Below are positions 30,101 through 38,700 of a DNA stretch of 64,000 nucleotides, in pieces; position 1 is the first letter of the stretch; each line of letters opens with the position of its first letter. This DNA is from an uncultured virus (IMG/VR IMGVR_UViG_3300032093_000081) (Duplodnaviria > Heunggongvirae > Uroviricota > Caudoviricetes): the IMG/VR virus record IMGVR_UViG_3300032093_000081; one strand, 5' to 3'. The position numbers and the translations under genes are program-made. The notes below the pieces were generated by a model. The model was given only the letters and a program-made list of their open reading frames with translations. It ran no database searches and was not told the origin of the DNA.

Positions 30101-32755
30101 TTTAGAAAGATTTTCAAGATTGCCAGTATTTTCATATTCTCCTTTAGCAGCATTAACCGCCTCCTGAAGTTCTTTTAACTTATTTTGGGATTCTTGGTCT
30201 CTATTTAAATCCCCATAAAAAAGCCGGTAGTCGTTAGCATCAAATGAGTTGTCAGGGTTAGCTATGTTTCTAAATATTCGCTCCAAATCAGAAGCAGCGT
30301 ACCTTTGGAAAGTACTAATAAACTCTAAGTTATTTTGGACAAGTTCTCCTTTAGTATATTGAATATAATAAGGATTAGCTTCTCTACCCGGGTAAGTTAA
30401 GTTAGTAAAATAGCTTGAAGTCTTTTCCCCAAATCGAATGTTTTCTACGATGTTCTTATCAAAGAATCCGATAAAATCTTGCTCTATCTTTTCTGATATA
30501 TCTAAGTTTGAAGTAGTTGCATTTGCATCATCTACTACATTTGTTTGAGTTCCATTATAATCGCCAATAGAAATCTTTGCCCCAGACACTTTTTTGAAAG
30601 TAGCATAGTAAGCAAGACGATCTTCTCTTTTTTGAAAGTCAAGCCCAAGGGCGGTCATACCTTCTATTATTTCAGGCTTAGTAGTAGGGAAGTTTCTTGC
30701 TCCATTAGAAAAGAATTTAGAAATCCATATAGACCCCAATATATCTGGGTTATCAAATACATCAAAAGCAGATTTATTTATTCCTTGAGCTGATGAACGA
30801 GTTACCAAATCTCCTACACTAGATGAAGAGTTAATAAGCCCCGTCACTTGAATCAAGTGGTTTTTTTGCCCTACTGCATATTTTAATTTTCCTTCTGCAT
30901 TAAAGTAAGAAGGACTGTATTCAAATGTTTTTACTTTGTTTATAAGAATGAATAGTTTCTTGAACTCGGTCTTTTTAATATCGAGAAAGCTTGCTTTGTT
31001 CGAAGGCAATCCATATTTATCTAATGCTTCTTCTTTTTCTGTAGTATCATACAAATAGTTTAAAGGCTTATCTAACAAGAAATTACCTGCATCTCCTTTT
31101 CTAGCTTCTAACAAATATTTAGATTCTAGTTTTTGAACTATTGGCGTAAGTACATTAAATAAATTAGCAGACCCTCCGTTGCTGTTTTTTTGAGAATCAA
31201 CAAAAAGAAATTTAACAAAGTCAGAATGGAATCTTCCATCTGACTTAAATTCTAAAGCCGTATCTATACCGGCATAAAAAAGGATTTCTGCTAAAAAATC
31301 TAAAGAAGTTTTAAGAGTCCAATCTTTAATACTATATTTTCCATTTTCATCTTGTGTGTAATATTCTTCAAAATTAGTCTTTTTATTATACTTGAATAAT
31401 TTCCCTAATGAAGCAAATGTTTGAGTTCTACCATTTATTCTTGGGACATCAGTTCCTTCAAAAAAAAGCTTTTTTAAGTCTAACTTTCCATTGGTAAGAA
31501 CCTGTTGTCTCCTTGAATCTTTAGTTAGGTCCCTATCAAATTTCTCTATCCCAAATATTTCGCTCCCAGACATCAAAGAGTAAACTCGAGAAGTAACTAG
31601 GTTACTATTCCCCTTTAGTCTGCTCATGTATGCAACGTATGGAGTTACCTCTACAAGAGCAAAAGTGTTCATAAAGTCTCCAACTATACGAACATGCTTT
31701 TCTCTTTCAAACATATTTTCTCCCTTTTCGTAGTTCTTAGGAGGAAGTGCCTGTAAGAGTTTTTCTAATTGTGGGTAGCTATCAAGTTCTCGTTCTAATC
31801 GGGTAATAGCTTCTGTGTATGACTCTGAGCCTGAAACAATAGTGAGTATAAGGTTGTAAACCTGTTTGTTTTTTTCTCGTGCCATAGGCGCACGAAACAA
31901 CTTGCTCATCTTAATCTGATGAACTTGTTTAGTAACTCCATCAAGTGTTTTTGTCCATACAGACTCAACTACCGGAATGGAGTCTAATATTCTGGATAAA
32001 TCTTGACCAGCAAGTTCAGAGATATGGCTTATTGCTCTGTCAAAAATAACTTTAGCTGTTTCTTCTTTAACAGCAATATCTTGAGAATCTGTAGAGTCTA
32101 AATCAGATTCTTCATTAGTATTAGCTTCTTGCTTTCCTTCTTCTAATTCAGACTTTGTTCCTCTTAAATCATTGTACCACTTTTCTACTGCAGCGAAGTG
32201 TACATATACCCCTTTAGTAAACTGATATACAGTTTTGTCTTCTTCTGATTGAAGTTCTTCTATTTTCTGTAAAGGGTCAAGTTCTACTGCTAGTTTTTGA
32301 AAATGCTCTTGTTTATTTGTTCCTTCTAAAGCCAATAAGACTTTGTAAAGTTCTTGGCCTTGGGCATCATTTAAAACAAGTTTGTTTTCTCCTTCTCCAA
32401 ATTCTGTTTTATAGACAGGTCTTACATTTACTCGCTGTTCAAGCTGTTTCTTTTTTTCCTCATTCTCTTTTTCAATTGTCCCTCTATATTTACGTAGGTT
32501 TTCTAAAGTAGGGTTGTTGCTATAAAGAACCTTAAACCTATTAGTTAAAGAATAAATAGTAAGCAATAAAGCCTCATTAAAAGTTGATTTTGTAGGCTCT
32601 TGATTTATTTCTTCAGTTAACCTTGTGTAAATAGGAGCATCAATAAATGCTTTTTCGTTATTGGCTTTATAGGCTTCAAATATTAAAGCTCTCTCAGTAA
32701 TACCTACGTTATTAGCAGATTGTTCTACGGGAGGAGAAATTCGGCAAGAACTCAT
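24137..32755 (-). CDS. crAss-like single-chain virion RNA polymerase with C-terminal SLOG domain (2872 aa)
   Basis: RIPVQGAPSM...GNLIVLP...SGGDYDIDKL (catalytic DxDxD at ~28040-28054) and EADAQ...FYR...GTW, as in the phi14:2 gp66-type RNAP. HSGGAYGGD...RN...GGT...KPVYVWD...FAGVGTR near the C-terminus. Confidence 0.9.
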   Translation of the reverse strand: MSSCRISPPVEQSANNVGITERALIFEAYKANNEKAFIDAPIYTRLTEEINQEPTKSTFNEALLLTIYSLTNRFKVLYSNNPTLENLRKYRGTIEKENEEKKKQLEQRVNVRPVYKTEFGEGENKLVLNDAQGQELYKVLLALEGTNKQEHFQKLAVELDPLQKIEELQSEEDKTVYQFTKGVYVHFAAVEKWYNDLRGTKSELEEGKQEANTNEESDLDSTDSQDIAVKEETAKVIFDRAISHISELAGQDLSRILDSIPVVESVWTKTLDGVTKQVHQIKMSKLFRAPMAREKNKQVYNLILTIVSGSESYTEAITRLERELDSYPQLEKLLQALPPKNYEKGENMFEREKHVRIVGDFMNTFALVEVTPYVAYMSRLKGNSNLVTSRVYSLMSGSEIFGIEKFDRDLTKDSRRQQVLTNGKLDLKKLFFEGTDVPRINGRTQTFASLGKLFKYNKKTNFEEYYTQDENGKYSIKDWTLKTSLDFLAEILFYAGIDTALEFKSDGRFHSDFVKFLFVDSQKNSNGGSANLFNVLTPIVQKLESKYLLEARKGDAGNFLLDKPLNYLYDTTEKEEALDKYGLPSNKASFLDIKKTEFKKLFILINKVKTFEYSPSYFNAEGKLKYAVGQKNHLIQVTGLINSSSSVGDLVTRSSAQGINKSAFDVFDNPDILGSIWISKFFSNGARNFPTTKPEIIEGMTALGLDFQKREDRLAYYATFKKVSGAKISIGDYNGTQTNVVDDANATTSNLDISEKIEQDFIGFFDKNIVENIRFGEKTSSYFTNLTYPGREANPYYIQYTKGELVQNNLEFISTFQRYAASDLERIFRNIANPDNSFDANDYRLFYGDLNRDQESQNKLKELQEAVNAAKGEYENTGNLENLSKEKNRILSLYQAHVLSEFPKYLATKRNELKNNYLLGFQDRFNPNFQIAQRLYNNILNVKKKGTFAFENIADLEKNLNSVLDNFIVNVMINNIEFMKVFHGSLSNFSPGKTKDGFREVYKRVVNMSSPGKIPQVDSQISQVFSESLEANKFSALYGKRGMSSAQNWGIARTLVFTDVDTFFGTPETIDEIWETYRKEYSLPDTEEYKAYVKGPKEADAQAVASLEFYRNYLTSTGTWTAEQSVTYELEFKIAERLKEFFSTNDSETKNRLGREIASLKEEIANKIKKKEAAPLPPLKLGHYGRSALDPSQTIYHKMSVLPLLPSSISSGTMYPMIEAMYQNGIDYYVFASGSKEKNSKKPIPFYDDNGKVNTDFTSENASPIFVANLRELQYQAPKFKERAVLTTQGVKLLFKDFYEDGKFKPYYEDARDKQFEQTLEEQKKKLAKATEGLEEIKKAELEEKLGIKRDNENNFVSFDEVKLAAFIAEKFDEESDLRQYLRAENGKLIYNLEAYPNKARVYQAVLNAVTKNIISLSIRGDSFIQAANTPYLGKRNVKEFTKEGKGIKYDPTLQFYKLVNGKVQKMEIMVAWDPKKHGPLLNLKYGEKKLGDYENPITLLNRILSSKNPQDIEWVEEHDAQLSYTGVRIPVQGAPSMESMRVKKFLPSSAGNLIVLPPQIVTKSGGDYDIDKLTVYYPNLDKNGKVIKSTATTKDYLSLLKKEGEVKKNTLLADREKLKKILIILPESYPEEKKKKLQDLYESLSLINGTLANPKLGELPKKSASGKDIISETADQILSLTPRALDSYIANNNLPLHYENQIMEVMHTMLSLQENYLNLVKPNDSPNLKDLAKETKSAPISAMDVFSPTTSYRIFSENILARSALGIDAKMNTMHKMFQQAGIEIRGYTGDEQTVLGDAYLFPSNKKENGNIPIGMIHFKDGKEVTISEILNQFINGHVDAGNEDYLLRLGMSDLLTPTAHAMLLKGTNHEIVFKFLNNPLVVSMITRTTEGRLFGRDRVKIINQVSDFISTIKGAITAGEIKDAETIEFFSKIRPVRTLNELNAIVRNALNNSPNLNTEEVFSDLKNLFNENQQFINPIKQLLAMHQLAVVLDFQDSIRKLTSRTDFNTARYPDPIEVISIQEELQELSQAFTNVNKLINPREDNVLNKFNQVEYINSLFRFMFPITFSPEFAKTVYQRRAIPDISTKRKNYLNKKNQEIMISYAQLLNEDSFRGNHQRYFFSTNLNKVGTFFEVNGQSQIVKDLEELKDEFSDLLRNNLFISMIKPTSVELSDPLDPFNPDKKSRFTEFRLTDKVEDETKSAIKIAIEELRNSGDSRIKGIVEDILLASHYFNLGAPFSPFSLKGADLVPVDLWAENSQLAYERVKTTFERKPTPGKYTGESYLTAIGNQLYVTTDADKRLFVHGYIEKGSSQRTQSAPPAQPTPQQPPQAPTAPSVVYEPIRNPKEYVNHSGGAYGGDTFWDLIGREFGVTQHRHYREEKNQSLSKKLRDKGVTATVLSKEQMDAARAEIKNILGIEYSDTLEGNLQVRNYYQVANADAVFAIGELVQVVDKDAPKNLTDSTKSVNSYKWVVKGGTNTAVQLGIKLGKPVYVWDTKNERWTKYNDGWFDPIDIPVLTKNFAGVGTRDIELYNVQNKETKQWEPRKQYVGDIKSQKAMQAIRDVYKKTFESSEPIVSSESTSKPTSPPVITDEYKYAYEIERSGTVFNLSKLQSEVSGTKAKTFERKIAVIKGYFTYDNNLHTVFYENSKADFEDMEAFLKESGYSAESYLEYAESLLLSNSQKPGLIANAYIGLKESKEGFPIDEIYLEGTNDVIARFFKEGGKISKKEISRIVGASRIADFPGVRFYQATEDKKGTDLELAAEQITNEYRTTVTAEQIEEFINSYPNGPTSYLSSVPTQETVENILRELQKQFAVSVGFAGMPSDEKNLVTLETIIEQVAKFVNPKIQPPTQGDVDNLTDINPDCQG

Positions 32756-32757
32756 TA

Positions 32758-35700
32758 TTAGCAGTTATTGGAGTTATTAGTTGGATTAGAATTGTTTTCT
32801 ACAAATATAACGTTAGGTCTGCTAACAAACGGAGATGGGGCAAAATTGGTACCTAATCTTCCAACCATAGAAATAGAAGTATCTTGTGCTTTTACTCCGT
32901 AGGGCTGTAAGTCTAAAAGACCTATATTTTTTAGTGTTTTTCCTTCATAAGAAGTTTTTGCGCCTAGAATTCCAATACTTAAAATCTTCGGCAATATTCC
33001 TTGAGCAAGATGAATATAAGTTCTTTGTTGAGTTTCCCAACCGTTTCTTTTTTCGTTAAACTTGGGCTTTATATCGTCTCGTGCGGAACCAAATTTGATG
33101 TTTTTCATATCTACAATATGAACACTTCCTGAGTCATGAACAAGAATAATATCAGGAACACCGGCTACTCCTTCAAAGGTTTCGCCTTTAGATTCAAAAG
33201 ACTCTTGTAAGTCAGCGTATAAAACTACTTTATCTGTAAAGATTGTGTATCCATTCATTTGCCATTCGTTTTTCAATGCAGTTAACTCTTCAATGTACTT
33301 AATTATTTGTTCATTATCTACTTTTGGAAGCTCAGGGAGATTTTGTTTTGCTTTTACTTGTTCTAATACACTAGGTATATACTTTTCAATTTCCCCAAGA
33401 GACACTCCGCCTAAAACATCTCTTCCAATAATATCGTTAATATCCCCCATTACTACTGCATCTTCTAAAAGAGCAGTTTTTTCTATATCTCCTTTTTTGT
33501 TGTAGGCAGATTGGCTTATATAGTTTTTACCTCCTATTACATATACCCTGTTACCTGCTGGAGTTAGTTCTGGCTCTCCAACTTTTTCAGAAAACTTGAT
33601 TAAATTTTTTACGCTACTTATTGCAAATTCAAATGCACTATTTCCTTGTGCTTTGTCTGGCATTGGGCCTTCTCGTCTAACAGGAGGTTGGGGGCTAGGT
33701 TGAGGAGGTGGAGCTGTGGGAGCTGCGGGAGCTGTTGGAGTTTTTGCAGAAGGCTGACTTTTTTGTTGAGGAGCAGAATCACCTTTAGGTTTTTCTTTGG
33801 ATTCTTTTTCAAGACTTTCTAGCGTTTTTATCCATTGATTTAAACTGCCTAATCCAATATTTTTCTTTGCACGAGTAATAGCAACATATGCCAAATTAAA
33901 TTCTTGAGTTCCAGGCCACTTAGTTTTACTTAGTGGCTTAAAATCATCTGCTATTTGAACGTTATCCCATTCTCCTCCTTTAGATTTATGAGCCGTAGTA
34001 ACTAAAATATCATAAGGTTCGGCAGAATAAGGATTTTCTTCTGGGATGTTAATGGTTTTTTTAAGTAATTCTTCTAATTCTTCTGTCTGTCCATTATTAG
34101 TAAGTTTAAGTATTTTTGTTAATGCTGGGTCGTTTTCTTTAGATTCTAGTACTTCATCCCAAGTATTGTAAATATCAAAAGGGCTATCTTCAACAGGCGG
34201 CCTGTTTTTGCCTTTTTTGTCTTTTAGCCATTTTATCTCTGCTATTAAGTTAAAAAGCTGCTCTCTTTGTTTAGAATATATTCCAACTCTTTTTCCTTGC
34301 TCTACATAAGCAGAAATAAAATCAATTGCCCCAGAATTAGTTCGACTGATAATTACATTTGGGTCTGATATTTTACTTTGAGATATTTTACTTTCTCCCC
34401 CTTTTCCTTTAAGTCTTAAATTGCTTCCTAAGTAGTTAAGAATAATATTTCCTAATTCAGCTATTTCTGGCCCAAATCTCCAAGAAGTACTTAAAGGCAA
34501 ATCATTTTCGGCGACTATATTTTCAAGTTGATTTGTCGCGCCTATAAATTCATAGATAGCTTGATTCTCATCCCCCACATAGATAAGCTGAGTAGGTTGA
34601 TTGTTAAATATTTCTCCTGTAACAGGGTTAATATCCTGAGCTTCATCCATCATAATAACTGAATATTCCGAACTTAAATCGTGAGGAAGGCTAGACCAAA
34701 CTTTCATATAATGTGATATCCTAAATGGAATCTCTGAGTTCGTACTAAGTGACAATTGCCAATATTTTTGGGCTAATTCTAAAATATAAGTATACTCATC
34801 TGCGGTAACATAATTGTTCTCAACCTCCTTAGAAAAAGTTTTATTTTGTAACATAACTTTTTCTACAAGCTCCATCTTTATACTCGTATCAGAACCAATA
34901 GCGTATTCATCTACTATTTGTTTTATGAGTTTTAAAATAGAATGCTTTGCCTTAACTCTACTTCCTATTTTTTTATCTTTTAAATCCAATATTCTTAATT
35001 CATCTTTAAAATGTACCTTAGTCTCTGCTTTGAGTTGACGTCCTGCTTTTTCGGGTAAATGAGAAGTTCTTAAATCATTTAATAAAGCTTGGCGTGCTAA
35101 TGAATCTCTGGTTCTTACCTCTACTTTGTTTCCAAATCGAGCCATTTTAGCTTTTGCTTCTTCTTTTGCAGATCTATTAAATACTACATATAGTATTCTT
35201 TTTCCTTCTGGTAGATTTGGAGCAAGAGCCTCCATAGTTTGAATCAAAGTAGTGGTCTTACCTGTTCCGGCTAAAGCACGGACTACAACATTTCCCCCTT
35301 TTTTTGCCGCGTCGATAACAGCTTGTTGTTCTGCAGTAGGAGTGAACTTTTTTGCTCCAGCAACAGGTGCTTCTTCTTGAACACTTGCTGCTCCACTTAT
35401 TATATCTAAAGGGCTAACATTAGAATCAACTTCTTCTTGACTAGTAATATTTTCTTCTACTTGAGGGGCAGAAGATTCTAAAGCAGCTAGTTCTGCATCA
35501 TATTTAGCATTAATTTTATCTCTTAGTTTATTATTAAATTCAAAGAAAGGTGTGGTAATAGCTCCACTAATCCTGTCTTCTAAATAATTCATTAAAGTTG
35601 TAGTTTCATTTCCAAAAAGTACAGTATATCCGGCTTGATTTAATATTTCAACAATTTGGGCGGGTGTTTTTCCATCTTTAATATTCCCATCAATAACTCT

Positions 35701-38700
35701 CTCAATAGTTGCTTTTTGCTTATCTGTAACTTCTGTATTTTCACCATCAGGATTTATCTTTTTAAAAGTAGTTTCTCCAGAAGGGAATCTATTATTTTCT
35801 CCTTGTCTTCTTCTTTCTATGTCAGCTTTTTTAGCTTCTAAATCAGCTTTAGCATCTGTAGGAGCAGTAGGTTTTTGTTCTTCTATTTTAGGTTCAACAG
35901 GAGTCTCTACAACAGGAACAACTGCAGGTTTTACTTTAACTATTGGAAGAGTGTTAACTTCTTCTAATGCCTGTAATGCAGTATCAACATCTGGAATAGA
36001 TGCAGTAAACCCTACGCTTTCCTCGTTGGTTGTATAATCATACCCAAAATCAATACTTAAGTCACTAATAGACACTTCCCCTCTGTCTCTTACATGTTTT
36101 CTAATGGCGTTTCCTAATCTAGCCGATTTGTATTTTTCATCTCGAGAAATAGTCAAAGTGTACAGATTTGGCCCACTATCATTTACATTTCCCTCGTCGT
36201 CAAACCTTACTATGTTACCGTCTTTTGTAACATAGCCAAGAATAACATTTAGGTCTTTAAAGCCTTGCTTTTCCGAAGTTGTCTTTTCTCCTATTCCATT
36301 GTAATTTCCAAAGAAAATCTTGTTTAAATGATAGTCTAGTTCTTTGGGCGGGAGTATGCCAGAAAAAGTAGTTTCAAAGAATTTAGTTACTTCTTGTCTA
36401 AATTCTTTTAGTTTAGACGAATCTCCTTCTTGTTTGAGATTTAAATATTCATTGTAGTATTTTTCTAATTGAGTTACTGCCTGAGCTTTCTTGTTGTTTT
36501 TAAGAAAACTAAATAAATCGGTAACTTGAATCTTGTACAGTGGACGATTATTTAGAATTTGGATTGTAACTTTTTGTGCAGCTTTTGCAAAAATGTGATT
36601 TTTTGATTTTGGGTCTTTTCTGTCTCGATTGCTATAAGAAATAAAATAGGAAAACTTATAATTCTCAGAATCTTCAAACTTAGAAGTGTCTTCTGATTCT
36701 GTTGGTTCTTCCGGAGTCTCTTCTACTTTTTCTTTTTCCTCTACTTTTTCTTCTTCTATTTGTTCTTCTTTTGGCTCAACAACTTCTTCGACAATAACTG
36801 AGTTAGTAAAAGCCGGGATGTCATTTTTTTTACTGCTTAAAAGTTTTCCTACTTCAAAGTTATTTAGAAGGTCGTTGTTTGTTTCTTCAGCAAAGAATTC
36901 AGCTGGAGCACTAAAAAGCCTGTTTAGTAATGCTTCTAGTTCAGGAGTATCTTCATTTTTAAGAGAGGCAACAAACATAGCCCGAGCAATAGCTTGCTCT
37001 TTATTTAGAGCGCCTAGTATATAACTTCTAAGTTTTCTTTTTGATGTTTTTTTGTTCTTAGAAGAAGAGTTAGGATCAGTATAATAGTCTGCCTGAGTTT
37101 TTAGATTTCGATTAAAATCAGTGATAGCTGCTACTCTGTCTACTTTGAGGTCTGTCTCTTGAGGAGGGGTAGAATCATCTTCTAGTTCTTCAGGTGTTTT
37201 TTCTTCTTCTCTTTCTTTTGCCTCTAAAGCGTCTTGAGCTCTTTTTGCTTCTTCTTTTCTTTGAGCTTCTCTTGCTTCTTCTTGTTGTTTCTTTTGGTCT
37301 TCAATAAATCCTTCTCTGAAATCAGTGGTTCTATTCCAGAGTTCATTAAAAGATTCAAAGTCTACAAACTCTTTTTGTGATATTTCAGCATTCTTTAAAA
37401 ACAACAAAGAGTAGTACATCTCAGGGGAAAGAAGTCTGTTAAAAATTTCTTCTCCTGTAATCTTATTCGCCCTAATCATTGGCTCAAACTTTTTAATAAG
37501 AGCCTCTATAAAAGAATTACCTTTTTGGACTATTCTGTCAAATATGTCTTCTGCTTTTTGTTTTTGTTCTATTAGATACTCTATTTCTTCTGGGGTTAAG
37601 TCGGTTTCTGTAAGTTGAGCTGTTGGAGTTCCTCTTCTCTTAGCTATCTCTTTTAAAACTTGTTTTTCTACTTCATTTTTAGTTTCTTCTGCTTCTTGAT
37701 ACATCCCTAATATCTGAAAGGCTTCGTCTAAGATGCCTTCAGTATCAGGATTAAGACTTGCTTGAATAAGAAGTTTTTCAACTTCGTTCAAGTCCATAGC
37801 ATCTATACCGGCTTGTTTTTCTTGGCCTTCTTCAGCATACGCATCTTCTAATAAAGGATTAAGTGTTCCGTTATCTTTAGCTTCTTGAATAGCTTGTACT
37901 CTTTCTTGGTATACTCTGTCAACTTCTGAAATAACAAAATCTAATGGCTCTTTTACTTTATCAAAAGACTCTTTATAGTTTATTTGAGCAACGGCTCTTT
38001 CTCTTTCATGTTCTTCTTTCTTTTTTTCTAACTCCCTAAGACTAGTTACAGGAAAATAAGCAGTAACATTCTTTTTTGCTATGTCTATCAAACGAGTCTT
38101 TTTTTCTTGCTCTGTTAGTTTTTCAAATGCAGAACTCCTTCTTTCGTAGTTTTCAATGTCTTTAGATATCTCTTCTGCGTTCTTGATATAAGCTTCTTTG
38201 TCTTCATCAGAAAGTTTTGCAAAGTCTTTACTGTCTAAAGTAAATGCATCATTTCCTACTTTATTTAATACCGCTCTAAAGTAGTCATACTGAGCCTCTT
38301 CATCTTCCATAAATGTAGACTCATCTACAAGATTACGGAAAGGTTTGCTCTTTACTATTTTAGTATAGTTATCTATTTGAGCAAGTGCTTTGATTGCTTG
38401 TTCTTGGGATATCTTACCTTTTTGGAGTGACTTGTTTATTTTGTCTTTATAGAACTCTGGACTATTTGCCATTCTATAAGCACTCTGTATATCGTTTTCT
38501 CTGTAGAAACTTCCGGCTCGTACTGCGCCCATAGGTGCGGTCATAAACGCGCCTCCGGCAAAAGCATTTATCAAAGACTCTGGGCTTAACTCTTCTGCGT
38601 CTGCCCCTCTCTCTGTAGCATAAACGGAATTTAAAAAATGGTTTCCTAACTCAGCTACTACTTCTTCAAATCCTTCTCCGGGATTAAAACCTATTTTGTA

